A DNA stretch of 63,098 bases, filler included, from an uncultured bacterium (GCA_964449065.1; 3 parts of 3 records of this genome joined end to end with filler, not necessarily neighbours in it); one strand, 5' to 3'; positions 30,116 through 41,443 are shown, counted from the first letter of the whole stretch. Notes: generated by a model not told the origin, from the sequence alone. Numbers and translations: made by a program.

Positions 30116-32722
30116 TTACAATTGATGCGCCTGCTTGCGGTATCGCTGGCGGATGATTTCCGCCGCCGTATTAATCACAAAGGTGACGAAAAACAAACAC
30201 AGCGCCGCCAAAAATAAAGTCCGGTAATGCGTGCTGTCCCGCACCGCTTCCGGCAGTTCCACCGCGATGTTCGCGGAAAGCGTACGGAATCCGTTGAAGA
30301 TATTCCAATCCATCACCGGTGTGTTCCCCGCCGCCATCAGCACGATCATGGTTTCTCCGATCGCCCGTCCAAGGCCGATCATCACGGCAGAAAAAATGCC
30401 GCTCATCGCGGTGGGCAGCACAACAAGGACCGCGGTTTGCCACGGGGTTGCTCCGCAGGCCAGCGAACCGGCGCGTAAATGTTCCGGCACACTGGAGAGC
30501 GCGTCTTCTGCTATCGTGTAGATGATCGGAATCACCGCGAATCCCATAATAAAGCCGACCACCAACGCGTTGCGCTGTTCATACGTATCCAAAACTGTAC
30601 CGCGAAGATCCCAGCTGTAATGCGAAAATAAAACCGACAAACCCCAACTGAGCGCGAATGCCGCCACGCTAGCGCAAGCAAACTTGATAAAATCCACCAG
30701 CGCGTGCTTCTCCCGGCTCCAATGGGCGGAAATCGAAAGCAAGAACGGATTGATAAACGCGGCAATAACCCAAACGCACAAGAGCGCGCTCAATGGCAAA
30801 AGCACAAACATCCAGCCGCCGGCCGCCGTGCCGGTCTGTCCATCCAGCCAGGATTTGATATCGCCGCCAAAAAAGAAATATTCGCCCACCCATCCTACGT
30901 GATAGGAAAGATAAACCGATAGAGGAATAAGAACCGCCATCAACATAAGTTTATACATCCGCAACACTGCCACGATTCGAACGGGCAAGAGTTGCCAACT
31001 ATAGGCCCCCAAAATAAACAAAAAAGGCAGAATTACAAACATCGTCACAACCGTGGTAATAAACGTTTCCACCACCGGCGCGATGATCAACGCGGCCAAA
31101 AACCCCAGCACCACACTGGGCAAACTCGCCATCAACTCGATGGTGGGTTTCACAACCGATTTGGTGCGGGGATTCATAAACTCACTGGTATAAATCGCCG
31201 CCAATAGCGCGAGCGGCAGCGCAAACAACATGGTATAAACGGTGGCTTTTAAGGTGCCGAAAACCAGCGGGTACAGCCCGTATTTCGGTTCAAATGAATC
31301 CCCACCGCTGGAACTTTGCCACACATGCGCGGGCTCTGTGTACCCTTCATACCACACGGGAAGAAAGATCGACGAAAACGTCACCTCCGGATACCGGATA
31401 TCGACCGTATAATGCGAGATGGTATTATCCGAATACAGCAGCAATCCGTTTTCTTTTTGCGCGAAAAACGCTTGTTTCACCGGCTGGTTTTGGGGAGAGG
31501 AAATGGTGTTTAAATTTTGATTGGTGGTCACATGAAACAGCGAGAGCGTTCCATCCTCAAACCCCGCGGCTACAACACGGCTGCGCTGTGAGGGCGAAAA
31601 CGTGCGGAGTGCGGACGCGCTGACTTCCGGCATTTCATGGGCCTTGACCATCCGCTTTCCATCCGGCGAATCCGTATCGGGCGCGCGCACCGGAAACCAG
31701 GCTTCCACCATGCCGTCCGACTTTCCAATCATAAGAGTCGATTGTCCGATCAGCGCTTCAACCGCTGTAATGGTATTGGCGTTGTTTGGGGTTAAATCCA
31801 CGTCTTCGGCAAACACGGGTTGATCCACTTTTCGGGTATCAAACCGAAGCAAGCGGCCGTCGTTCCAAATCAATGCCACATGAGTGCCGAGCCCCGATAC
31901 ATGAAGAAAGCTCGGCGGTGTATCACCCGCGTAACGGGAAAACGGAATCTCTCCGCTGGAAACAAAGTATTTCATTTTACCGGTCAATAAATTTTTTTGT
32001 TCGCGCACCGACTCGATCCGCAATTCATTGTTGTCAAACAGTGCGGCGAACATCACGCCGTTAGACCGGTTGATATGATGCAGCAATACGACGGCATTGT
32101 TTTCCGAAACCGAAATCGGTTCACTGAAATCGATTGCAAACCGGTGCCAACGCAACTGTCCATTGGGAATTTGAATCAACATACCGTTTTGATAAACAAC
32201 CGGTTCGCTTTGGGCTTGGCGTACGAGCTCTTGATCCAAATTATCCGGAAATAAAAACTCTGTTGTGACTCCCACCCTCCCCAATTGTACCGTACCATCG
32301 GCAAATCCCAGAAGAATTGACCGCTCATCCTGCGCGTAATCGATTGCTGTAATTTCTTTCCCGCCACCGATATCGAACCGCTCGATTTCTTCACCGGTAT
32401 CGACGCGAAAGACCAAACCGGCGCCGTCTTCAAACAAGGCCCAACCGATCACCTGAAACTCATCCATCGTCAGCAAAACGGGTTCAGCCGCGCGGTCATC
32501 CCATGGTACGGAGTAAGCCGTGATTTGCTTGATGCTTGGAGACAAAAAGAGCGGCATTACCACCCAGCATAAAAAGAAAAATACCAGTGACACCACGATA
32601 ATCGTACCGATCCCCCCGATGGAAATCAGAACATGCGCGATCCGGTCACCCCACAGTATCGTCCAGCTGGTTTTTTTAGAAATTCGCCGGCGTGTTTTGG
32701 GAATTTGAATTTGATTGTCCAT
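30116..32722 (-). CDS. pstC: Phosphate ABC transporter permease with a large periplasmic insert
   Basis: ELMASLPSVV, GRAIGETMIVLM, ELPEA. Confidence 0.9.
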   Translation of the reverse strand: MDNQIQIPKTRRRISKKTSWTILWGDRIAHVLISIGGIGTIIVVSLVFFFLCWVVMPLFLSPSIKQITAYSVPWDDRAAEPVLLTMDEFQVIGWALFEDGAGLVFRVDTGEEIERFDIGGGKEITAIDYAQDERSILLGFADGTVQLGRVGVTTEFLFPDNLDQELVRQAQSEPVVYQNGMLIQIPNGQLRWHRFAIDFSEPISVSENNAVVLLHHINRSNGVMFAALFDNNELRIESVREQKNLLTGKMKYFVSSGEIPFSRYAGDTPPSFLHVSGLGTHVALIWNDGRLLRFDTRKVDQPVFAEDVDLTPNNANTITAVEALIGQSTLMIGKSDGMVEAWFPVRAPDTDSPDGKRMVKAHEMPEVSASALRTFSPSQRSRVVAAGFEDGTLSLFHVTTNQNLNTISSPQNQPVKQAFFAQKENGLLLYSDNTISHYTVDIRYPEVTFSSIFLPVWYEGYTEPAHVWQSSSGGDSFEPKYGLYPLVFGTLKATVYTMLFALPLALLAAIYTSEFMNPRTKSVVKPTIELMASLPSVVLGFLAALIIAPVVETFITTVVTMFVILPFLFILGAYSWQLLPVRIVAVLRMYKLMLMAVLIPLSVYLSYHVGWVGEYFFFGGDIKSWLDGQTGTAAGGWMFVLLPLSALLCVWVIAAFINPFLLSISAHWSREKHALVDFIKFACASVAAFALSWGLSVLFSHYSWDLRGTVLDTYEQRNALVVGFIMGFAVIPIIYTIAEDALSSVPEHLRAGSLACGATPWQTAVLVVLPTAMSGIFSAVMIGLGRAIGETMIVLMAAGNTPVMDWNIFNGFRTLSANIAVELPEAVRDSTHYRTLFLAALCLFFVTFVINTAAEIIRQRYRKQAHQL

Positions 32723-32797
32723 TGTCAATACAAAAACGAGTTGGATTTTATGCAACCAGCCAACTCTTGTGTCCCCTATTTTGTTTTCGGGTACCGG

Positions 32798-33784
32798 TTA
32801 GTGTATCCCAACCATGCGCAATATGTCTTTCGCCAGTTCCGCGCTGAGCGGATAATAGCCGTCTTTGATTACATTCTGTTGGCCATCTTTGCTTACGATA
32901 TACTTTACAAACTCCCGGCGTAACGGGTCCAATTGGCTGCCCGGCTTGTAATTCACATACAACCACAAAAAGCGGGAAAGCGGATACTCACCGCTGTAGG
33001 CATTGGCAGCGACCGCTTCTTGATACTCGCCAGATTCATCAAAGGACAATGGCACTGCGCGTACATCCGCCGTGATGTACCCGATTCCGCTGTATCCAAT
33101 TCCGCCTTTGTCGCTGGCAACCCCCTGCACGACAGCGGAACTGCCCGGCTGTTCTTTCACCGAATCTTTGAAATCGCCCTTGAATAAAGCGTGATCTTTA
33201 AAAAAACCATAGGTTCCCGAAGCGGAATTTCTGCCATAAACACTGATCGGTAGATTTTCCCATACTCCTGTCAAGCCCAACTGTCCCCATTTGGTGATGT
33301 TGGTAGGATATCCACCCAATCGGTTCTTGGAAAAGATGGCGTCCACCTGCGGAAGCGATAGCCCTTTAAGGGGATTATCCTTATTCACATAAACGGCGAG
33401 CATATCCAAACTGACGGGCAGCTGAACCGGCTCGTACCCGAATTTTTTTTCAAATTCGTCGATTTCCGCCGATTTCATCGCGCGGCTCATAGGACCAAAG
33501 TTTGCGGTCCCCGCTATTAACGCCGGCGGGGCGGTGGAAGACCCTTTGCCTTCAATTTCAACCGTTACGTTAGGGTAATACGATTGAAATCCTTCCGACC
33601 ACAAGGCCATCAGATTGTTCATAGTATCGGAACCAACACTTTTGATGCTGCCGGAAACCCCTTGAACCACTTGGTATTCCGGCAAATTCGGATCCATTTC
33701 AATTTGTGAATAAGCCGATGGTATCGATACGATACACGCGATGTACATTGCGATCGTTTTGCTGAATCCATTCATTTTTTTCAT
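32798..33784 (-). CDS. pstS: Phosphate-binding protein
   Basis: GSDTM, GKGSSTA, RNSASGT, YPLSR. Confidence 0.93.
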   Translation of the reverse strand: MKKMNGFSKTIAMYIACIVSIPSAYSQIEMDPNLPEYQVVQGVSGSIKSVGSDTMNNLMALWSEGFQSYYPNVTVEIEGKGSSTAPPALIAGTANFGPMSRAMKSAEIDEFEKKFGYEPVQLPVSLDMLAVYVNKDNPLKGLSLPQVDAIFSKNRLGGYPTNITKWGQLGLTGVWENLPISVYGRNSASGTYGFFKDHALFKGDFKDSVKEQPGSSAVVQGVASDKGGIGYSGIGYITADVRAVPLSFDESGEYQEAVAANAYSGEYPLSRFLWLYVNYKPGSQLDPLRREFVKYIVSKDGQQNVIKDGYYPLSAELAKDILRMVGIH

Positions 33785-33871
33785 CTCCGATATGAACCTG
33801 TTGGGTTCGTTTTGGTTATCATTTGAAATCTACCGAAACGCTAAGCGCAATCCGTTTGTTGAATTGCCACT

Positions 33872-33919
33872 TTGACACGTCGTCAATTTATCACGTCGTC
33901 AGTTTATCACGGTGTCTGT
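33872..33919. promoter_or_regulatory. Three tandem 16-bp repeats upstream of pstS
   Basis: ttgacacgtcgtcaat / ttatcacgtcgtcagt / ttatcacggtgtctgt. Confidence 0.45.
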
Positions 33920-34015
33920 TGTGTAGGAGGCAAGTCTAGCCTTGAAGTAAATAAAACATAGTGTAGAAAACTTTACAGGCAAACGGTTAAGATTTGATTA
34001 GGAACAAAACTTTTT

Positions 34016-34678
34016 TTAGCGGGCAATCACGGGATGCAAATGATCGGCCGAATTAATAAACATGACTTCTTCTGCTACATTTGTCGCCATATCACCCAAT
34101 CGTTCCAAATGACGGACTAAATCCAGCAATTCAAAAAATGCCGCCGATTTCCACGGTTCCTTGTAGGTCGACTCAATAATAATTTCCTTAAAATATCTGC
34201 GCATCGAATTAATTTTATAGTCATCATTGCAAATCTTTTCGGCTTCTTCTTCATCCAGTTCCACCAAAACTTTGAAACTGCGTTCCACCAACGAATGCAC
34301 TTTTTCTGCCATTTCTATCAAATTTACTTGTATTTGCGGCGAGTAAGTGCTGATTAAACCAGCCCGTTTGGCGATGTTACAGATGTATTTAGCCATTCGC
34401 TCTAAATGCTGGTTGACTTTGAACATCATGATGATGTAGCGCAGGTCGGTCGCAACGGGTTGGTGCAGCAATAGGATGCGCAGGCATTGGTTTTCAATAG
34501 TTTGTGAGAGATGCAAAATACTTTCTTCACGCTTTTTGACTTCTTCTTCCTTAACCGTGTTGTGTTCTTTGCATAAAGAAATCGACTTCCGCAATGAATT
34601 TTCCAAGGAAAGGGTTTGTTCGACAACCAAGTCTTTTAGCGATTGTATTTCATCTTGTAACAGCATAATAATCACCAT
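34016..34678 (-). CDS. phoU: Phosphate signalling protein PhoU
   Basis: QPVATDLR, LERMA and LERLGD..TNVAE repeats; adjacent to the pst operon. Confidence 0.9.
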   Translation of the reverse strand: MVIIMLLQDEIQSLKDLVVEQTLSLENSLRKSISLCKEHNTVKEEEVKKREESILHLSQTIENQCLRILLLHQPVATDLRYIIMMFKVNQHLERMAKYICNIAKRAGLISTYSPQIQVNLIEMAEKVHSLVERSFKVLVELDEEEAEKICNDDYKINSMRRYFKEIIIESTYKEPWKSAAFFELLDLVRHLERLGDMATNVAEEVMFINSADHLHPVIAR

Positions 34679-35197
34679 TTATATCGAAAGCGATTGCTTC
34701 ACCCAGAAGCAAAGCGCATTGTTTTTGTAAAAACCGTTACCCAAACTATTTATGCCAACTCTATGTAGGATTTTGAAGAGAGAAAACCGCTACGTTATTT
34801 TTTTGCCGGGGCTTATCGCCGCGCGAATACTCCCCCCCATATGGAAACGGTAAACGTTATATATATGAATATTATAGCATAAACGTTCAAAGATACTATT
34901 GTTTTTTTGTTAAATCCAACCGTGAACAACTCAGTTGATAAACGAACTGTAATGAAATCAATATGTCTCATAATAAACTTTTCTTGTTCATTATTTGATA
35001 TTTAAAGCGTATATACCGTCTTTTATCAAGATGTTGGGCCGCCCACTTTCTGAACCATTTTCCAAACAGAAGCAGGATCCACATCTTTTTTTCTTCTATA
35101 TATAAGTATATACAAATAAGCAGACTCCAGTACTCAAGGGAATATGTTGAGGGGGGGACAACGGATAGCCAGCCGTCATTTTTTGATTGACAAAGTA

Positions 35198-35731
35198 CTA
35201 GACACCAAACACCTGAAAAATCCCCCGGCAAAACGCCGGCAAATCATCGGGTTTTCGGCTGGAAACAAAGTGACGGTCTACCACCACCGGCGCGTCTTCC
35301 CATACCGCCCCAGCGTTCATCAAGTCATCTTTGATGCCGGGCGACCCGGTCACCTTAACCCCTTTATACACATTGGCTGAGATCGGTATCCAGCCGCCGT
35401 GGCAAATGGCCGCAACCAATTTTTCTGCCTCGGCAAACTCTTTCACCAGGAATAACACCTTCGGGTCGCGGCGCAATTTGTCCGGCATAAAACCGCCGGG
35501 GCATAACACGCCGTCAAAATCCGCCGCGTTCATATCCGCTATGGCCGTGTCGGATTTACAGGGATACCCGTTCTTTCCGGCGTATACGGCATTCGCTTCC
35601 GGCCCGGCAACCACCACATCGGCGCCGGCTTCAATCAGACGCAGTTTGGGATACCAGAGTTCCAAATCTTCATAGATATCCCCCACAAAACATAATATCT
35701 TTTTGCCGATTAATTCTCTCGGTTGAGACAT
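35198..35731 (-). CDS. PfpI/DJ-1 family protein
   Basis: YEDLE, PGG..PD, AAICHG, SRKPDDLP. Confidence 0.9.
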   Translation of the reverse strand: MSQPRELIGKKILCFVGDIYEDLELWYPKLRLIEAGADVVVAGPEANAVYAGKNGYPCKSDTAIADMNAADFDGVLCPGGFMPDKLRRDPKVLFLVKEFAEAEKLVAAICHGGWIPISANVYKGVKVTGSPGIKDDLMNAGAVWEDAPVVVDRHFVSSRKPDDLPAFCRGIFQVFGV

Positions 35732-35795
35732 GATTTTTCTCCTGTTTTATGAATAGATATCTCTATTATGAACGGGCAATCCGATCGGGGAATGG

Positions 35796-36950
35796 TTAGT
35801 AATTTTTGGGATTGAAATTCACCGTTTGCGATACTACCTCCGACCAAACCCCGGCTTTATTGCATGACATCACTTTAAAATGATAATCCACATAGCGGTT
35901 GGGTTTTTTGAATGGAAAAACGGCTTTTGGTTCTGTTACCATTACGGTATTTCCCGGCCGGTCACCGCTTTTTAAACTCCAAGAATAGGCATACCCCCTG
36001 ATCCCGGATTCATTGTCTGATGATGCCGCCCACGTCCACACCATTTCGTGCCCCTTTATTTGATGAGACAGTTCCGCCGGCGCTTTGGGCGGGGTAGCAT
36101 CAACCGTGGTTTCTTCAAACGATACATCCTTCCACAACCGCATCGCGTCAAAGCGCACGGTATATTCATTCCCTTTTTTCAACCCTTCCAGGGGATGAGA
36201 AAAGGCGCACATTTGAATCGTGCTTCGTTCGTCTGTCGTCTCAAACACTTCATTCAAATCCACCCGAATAAAATGCCAATTCCCCACGCCTTCCTGTTCC
36301 AAAGCATAATCCAAAAGAGGGGCTTCGTATGATTCACCCTCCCCCTTCAGCAGCAGCGAAAAGGGGTGGGGAAAATCGCTCCAAAAATAGAGTTCCAAAT
36401 ACCGGTAACCGCTCCAATCCAATGTGGGGACACGGTCCATCAATTTAAAGCCCAATAAATCGTCTTCATTGATATCAATTTCTTCATTTTGCCGAACCTT
36501 CAGGGTCAAACAAGTATTGCCTTGCGCCTTGTTTTCGCGGTCAATAAAGTAGTCACAGCGGTAGACTTGTTTGGTGGATTCAAACCACAGCACCAATTGA
36601 TCCCCGGTTCCTTCAAAATCACTCAACCGCACCATATCCGCATCCGTTCCCGATTTCACCACCGGACGGATTTGATAACGGTACTCATGCGAAGCGGGAA
36701 AAATCATTAGTGAAGCCGACCGCCGGTTATCCGGATGCACCGGTTCCCAAGCGCTATACTTATTGCCTGTAACCTTGCGGATAAAGAAATTCGCGGTGGC
36801 TTCATCCGGCAAATGTTCCATTTCCAATGCAAACGGGGATGGGGAATATTCCCCCAGCGGCTTCATCTTTGGAACCATATTTTGTTCCGATGAATTCGCC
36901 AACGCTGAGACAAAAACCAAAACCAATACATAAAATACGCTGCCTGTCAT
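35796..36950 (-). CDS. Secreted hypothetical protein with a CBM-like middle and C-terminal FN3-like domain
   Basis: Signal peptide; DWSGY; DATPP...W.ASSDNESGI.GY. Confidence 0.65.
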   Translation of the reverse strand: MTGSVFYVLVLVFVSALANSSEQNMVPKMKPLGEYSPSPFALEMEHLPDEATANFFIRKVTGNKYSAWEPVHPDNRRSASLMIFPASHEYRYQIRPVVKSGTDADMVRLSDFEGTGDQLVLWFESTKQVYRCDYFIDRENKAQGNTCLTLKVRQNEEIDINEDDLLGFKLMDRVPTLDWSGYRYLELYFWSDFPHPFSLLLKGEGESYEAPLLDYALEQEGVGNWHFIRVDLNEVFETTDERSTIQMCAFSHPLEGLKKGNEYTVRFDAMRLWKDVSFEETTVDATPPKAPAELSHQIKGHEMVWTWAASSDNESGIRGYAYSWSLKSGDRPGNTVMVTEPKAVFPFKKPNRYVDYHFKVMSCNKAGVWSEVVSQTVNFNPKNY

Positions 36951-36971
36951 ACGATTGTTTTCCTTATTGGA

Positions 36972-38081
36972 TTAGTATTCCGTTTCCGTGCCCGGATAAA
37001 TACCAATCGATTCGGTGCCGGTAAACATGCCCTTTGCGTTGAGTTTAAATTCTTCCGGGTTGCTGGAATGGCGCAAGCCCTCTTCAAATGAAATCATGTC
37101 TTTTTGGAACAGCTTCAGCATCGATTGATTAAACGTTTGCATTCCGAATTCGTCACCCTTTTGCATAATTTCTTTTAAACGCCACAATTCACCGTCTTGT
37201 AACGCTTTTCTTACGTTGGAGGTGGCACGCAATATTTCCAGCGACGGCACCCGTCCATCGCCTGCTTTGCTGCGCAAGAGCCGCATACAAATAATTCCCT
37301 CCAGCGATTGCGCCAACTCTTGCTGTACCTGCGGCTTGAGGTGGTCGGGAAAGTAGTTGATGATGCGGTCTAGGGTATGCGCCACATCCGAAGTATGCAG
37401 CGTGGTTAATACCAAATGCCCGGTTTCGGCCGCGGAAATGGCCGTCATCATGGTGTCCATATCCCGCATCTCGCCGATCAGAATCACATCAGGGCTTTGC
37501 CGCACCACATGGCGCAGCGCGTCCGTGAAACTGTTGGTGTCAAACCCTACTTCCCGCTGATTGATCAGCGATTTTTTATCGGTATGAATAAACTCGATGG
37601 GATCTTCAATCGTCATGATATGGCGTTGAAAGTGCTCGTTGATGTAGGAAATCATCGCGGCCAGCGTCGTTGATTTTCCGCTACCGGTCGCTCCGGTTAG
37701 TATGACCAAGCCGCGCGGCAGTTCTGCCAGTTCCCGCACGACATCGGGCAAATGCAAGGTTTGAAAACGCAAATCCTCATCCCGAATGAAGCGGGCTACC
37801 ATCCCAACATGCCCCTGCTGGCGAAAGAGGTTGATCCGGTAGCGTTTGCCGGGTTCCAGTGTATACGCAAAATCCAGATCGGGGCGTTCGGAGAAAATTT
37901 TCTGCTGATGATCGTTCATCACTTCTTGGCAGCATTTGCTCATCTGATCATCCGTGATCGGCTCTTCTTCCAGGCGAAACACTTCGCTGTGAACCCGCAT
38001 GGAGGGGGCTAACCCAACTTTTAAATACAGATCGGATGATTGCATTTCTGGCATCCGCCGCAATAGGTCTTTGATATTCAT
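36972..38081 (-). CDS. pilT: PilT/PilU type IV pilus retraction ATPase
   Basis: GATGSGKSTT, TIEDPIE, GEMRD, AETGHLV.TTLH. Confidence 0.9.
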   Translation of the reverse strand: MNIKDLLRRMPEMQSSDLYLKVGLAPSMRVHSEVFRLEEEPITDDQMSKCCQEVMNDHQQKIFSERPDLDFAYTLEPGKRYRINLFRQQGHVGMVARFIRDEDLRFQTLHLPDVVRELAELPRGLVILTGATGSGKSTTLAAMISYINEHFQRHIMTIEDPIEFIHTDKKSLINQREVGFDTNSFTDALRHVVRQSPDVILIGEMRDMDTMMTAISAAETGHLVLTTLHTSDVAHTLDRIINYFPDHLKPQVQQELAQSLEGIICMRLLRSKAGDGRVPSLEILRATSNVRKALQDGELWRLKEIMQKGDEFGMQTFNQSMLKLFQKDMISFEEGLRHSSNPEEFKLNAKGMFTGTESIGIYPGTETEY

Positions 38082-38322
38082 CCCGTACTCTCCTGTTGGC
38101 ATCTTAGGTCAAACCATAGTATGCTATTCCTTCGTTCTATAGAAGGAATAGCATTTCCAATTTGGATAGGTAATTTAGCGCGGCGATAAGCCTCAGCGAA
38201 AGAAGGACTTAGCGTCTTTCTTACCTGACAATCCTACAGAACACCGGTATAAAACGAAATCAGGCAAATAACAACTTTCATGATATAGTACCTAAATATT
38301 TGCAAATAAAGAGAGGTTATAG

Positions 38323-39075
38323 ATGGTATACAAAAGACGTTTGGTGTTGTTGGCAGCATTATTGGTTTGTATGACGTTCGGGGGGTGCGTTTATCTGCGG
38401 TTGTTGGAAGTCAAAAATCAGTTGGCCAAGTTTGACCGCTACTTCTCGGTTGAGGTCAAGGAATCGTTTACCCTGCGGATGAAAGACCCTTTGTTGTATG
38501 ACTCGGATATCCTTTATGTATCGGCGTTGGACCCCAGTTATATTGAGCACAAAGAGACGGATTTCTCGTTTGTCTATCAATTTGTCAAAGTAGAGAACTC
38601 TCCCACTCCAGGAAACCAAGATTTGATCTTCACGTTGAATTTTAACAAAAACAAACGGCTCAATGCGATTGTCTTTTCTCCCGTCATATTAGAAATTGTG
38701 CCGGCGGATTTTTTGGAACTTTCCATCCGGGCCGTTGGCCACGGTAAAATCGATAAGGCCAAACGGCAGCTAAAGGGAGATGTGGAACGGGTATCTCAAG
38801 ACGGTTTGGTCATCCCCACCTATGATAATATGAGAGCGGTGTTGGGCAAACCGTATGAAGAAGCGGAAAGACACGACGGCCTTCATATGATCTACCGCTA
38901 CGAATTAATTACCGACACCACCGGCAAAAAAGCCGAAGACCGCAAGAAGGCTATCATCGATATGCACTTTGATCCCGAAAGCAAAAAGTTAATCCAAGTA
39001 GCGGGGAACTTTGCCGGCATGAAAATCTCCATAAACTATAGCCGGTTGGCCAAATCTTCGAACTCACAAACGTAA
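38323..39075 (+). CDS. Putative lipoprotein
   Basis: Lipobox-like FGGC after a hydrophobic leader; GAGG RBS. Confidence 0.7.
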   Translation: MVYKRRLVLLAALLVCMTFGGCVYLRLLEVKNQLAKFDRYFSVEVKESFTLRMKDPLLYDSDILYVSALDPSYIEHKETDFSFVYQFVKVENSPTPGNQDLIFTLNFNKNKRLNAIVFSPVILEIVPADFLELSIRAVGHGKIDKAKRQLKGDVERVSQDGLVIPTYDNMRAVLGKPYEEAERHDGLHMIYRYELITDTTGKKAEDRKKAIIDMHFDPESKKLIQVAGNFAGMKISINYSRLAKSSNSQT

Positions 39076-39089
39076 TCGAACGATCGCTG

Positions 39090-41021
39090 ATGAGAATCCA
39101 TTCTTATATCATTTTGCTTATCACGCTGCTGGTTTATGGGTGGACCATGTATCCTGGCATCGGCGGGGCGCTGGATTCGGCGGAATTCCAAATATCCGGC
39201 AAGGTGTTGGGGATATCTCATCCCACGGGTTATCCGCTTTATCATCTCATCACCCATCTGATATCTTATATTCCGGTCAGCACATTGGCTTTGCGCGTTA
39301 CATTTTTTTCCGTGCTTAGCTGCGCGCTTGCCGCGGCGCTGATTATGGAAATCCTGCTGCTATTTGAGTTTCGTAAAACCTTTGCGTATCTGGTGATGGG
39401 ATTGTTCGTCTTTTCCCTGCCGTTTTGGCAGAATGGTACGGTAACGGAGGTTTATGCTTTTCAATTTTTGATCCACGCGATTGTGCTGCTCTGCTTTTTT
39501 CGGTGGATGAATAACCCGCAATCGGGCTGGCTCATCGCTGGAGGTTTCGGTGTCGGCTTCGGCCTGGCCCATCATTTGATGACGGCCATTCTTTTGCTTG
39601 GGCTGGCGGTTTCGGTGTGGATTTCACCTCCAAAACAAAAACCGCCGGTTCAAAATCAAATAGGGGCCGCCATTGCTTTTTTGATTCCTCTATTGACGTT
39701 TTTGTATTTTCCCATTCGGGCATTGATGGGAGCGCATTCGTTTGATTACTACACCTTCACGTCATTTTCTGAATTCGTTCATTACATGTTAGGCGGCAGC
39801 AACACCAATCTGCTGCAAGGCAGCTGGTATTGGATCATCAACAACAGCATTGGATCTGGAGTTGACCATTTTATTGGTTATTGGGGTGTGGTGCCATCGA
39901 TCTTCGCCGCCATTGGCATGTACGAATGGATTAATCAAAAAAAGCCGGAATCCTTAATTTTATTTTGGCTCCTCATCGTGCATGTATTTTTAACCGGCAT
40001 TTGGACGGAAGCAGACCGCGAAGCGGTATTGGTGCCTGCCTTAATGGCCGGATGTATTTTCACAGCGGTTGGCGCCCTATCTTTTACCACCGCGTTGCGC
40101 CAATGGATGCGGCGGAAATGGGCGGCCAGTTCCCTTGCGGTATTGTTTTTGATTGCCGTTTTCATTCTGCAAGCGAACAACACGTTTCATACGATATCCG
40201 AAAGGAACAGTGCCCAACGGAAATATGATTATGATGCTCTTTATGAAGCCTTACCGGAAAAGGCGGTAGTCCTGTCATCGTATTGGGAAGAAACCAACGC
40301 CATGAAATACCTCGCGTGGTCGGGAGAGTATCCTGATAAAGACCTGCGCGTCTACCGCTGGAATCATGACAAAACCCGCGCCGGGGTTGACTTGGTTATA
40401 TCTTATCTGCAAGGGAAATCGGCACTGGGATATCCGCCGGTTTCTCCAAACGATCGGCGTCCGGTTATTTATTTGCAGCCGTTGGGCGAAGACAATCAAT
40501 CGCCGTATTTGACCCTGCAACCGGTTCCGGTCAGCGATGAGCGCTTTATCTTTCGGGCCGAATTATCCTCCGCCATCAGCAAAGAAGAAAAGGGCTACAT
40601 CCCGCTTTCACAGTTGCCGTGGGAGGTGTTGGAATGGCATTGGATGGAGCCGAGACAAAACCTAACCTTAAACGGAAACCCATTGACCATTGGAGATGCC
40701 GTGTATCAAGAGGGGTATGGAATTCACGCGGGCACCCGCCTACGAATACCGGTGCCGGAGGGAGCTGAACGGTTTTCATGCGTCATCGGCGTTTCGGGCG
40801 ATTTGCCTCAAGATGCTCCATCATCGATTGTGGCGCTGTTGAGTTCGGAGAATACGTTATTGAAACGCAGCCCGATTCTTGGTGTCAAAACCGATGGATG
40901 GCATTTGAATTATCCGCTTGATGGAGAACATCATCTGCTGTTAGAGATCTGGGGCACGGAGGATGGCTTGAATGCCGATCATGCGGTGTTGGCGCAGCCC
41001 CGGTTTTATTTTTATGAGTAG
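39090..41021 (+). CDS. DUF2723 (TMEM260-like protein O-mannosyltransferase) fused to an NPCBM/NEW2 domain
   Basis: DSAEF, HPTGYPLY and EVY motifs; C-terminal L.IG...Y..GYGIHA...DHAV NPCBM signature. Confidence 0.75.
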   Translation: MRIHSYIILLITLLVYGWTMYPGIGGALDSAEFQISGKVLGISHPTGYPLYHLITHLISYIPVSTLALRVTFFSVLSCALAAALIMEILLLFEFRKTFAYLVMGLFVFSLPFWQNGTVTEVYAFQFLIHAIVLLCFFRWMNNPQSGWLIAGGFGVGFGLAHHLMTAILLLGLAVSVWISPPKQKPPVQNQIGAAIAFLIPLLTFLYFPIRALMGAHSFDYYTFTSFSEFVHYMLGGSNTNLLQGSWYWIINNSIGSGVDHFIGYWGVVPSIFAAIGMYEWINQKKPESLILFWLLIVHVFLTGIWTEADREAVLVPALMAGCIFTAVGALSFTTALRQWMRRKWAASSLAVLFLIAVFILQANNTFHTISERNSAQRKYDYDALYEALPEKAVVLSSYWEETNAMKYLAWSGEYPDKDLRVYRWNHDKTRAGVDLVISYLQGKSALGYPPVSPNDRRPVIYLQPLGEDNQSPYLTLQPVPVSDERFIFRAELSSAISKEEKGYIPLSQLPWEVLEWHWMEPRQNLTLNGNPLTIGDAVYQEGYGIHAGTRLRIPVPEGAERFSCVIGVSGDLPQDAPSSIVALLSSENTLLKRSPILGVKTDGWHLNYPLDGEHHLLLEIWGTEDGLNADHAVLAQPRFYFYE

Positions 41022-41395
41022 CACAAAACAATTTGGTCTACTCAAAAAATAATACGCGCTGTTTAATAACGTTGTTACTTAGAATGATCAGGAAGAAAAG
41101 CGTCCGGCCTTTCTTTTCCTTCCCCATCCCGCTCGAAAGAAACTACGCTTCAACCAGCGCATTTCCAGCACACCATTCCAGCAAGATATACACATCCAAT
41201 ACCAAACTGCATATAAAAAGTGAGTTATCTTTCACGAAACCATACAGGATAATGAAACTGTAAGATGAGTTCAAAGCGAAGCATAGCCAACCATGACCAT
41301 CGCTGCTCAATCGATTTTAACCAACATTCTTGTTGCAACTTGGTATATGAACAAATTCAAACCCTTATCAATAGAACATTTGTATATTTAAACAC

Positions 41396-41433
41396 AAACA
41401 CCCCAGCCTCATTGCTGAGACTGGGGTGTTTTT
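41396..41433. terminator. Strong hairpin terminator downstream of 5S rRNA
   Basis: aaacaccccag...ctggggtgttt stem with T runs on both strands. Confidence 0.8.
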
Positions 41434-41443
41434 GAATAAAAAG

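Noticed and set aside
38121..38154. 13-bp-stem hairpin upstream of pilT
   Set aside because: Real, but single copy and without a U-tract; no function can be supported.
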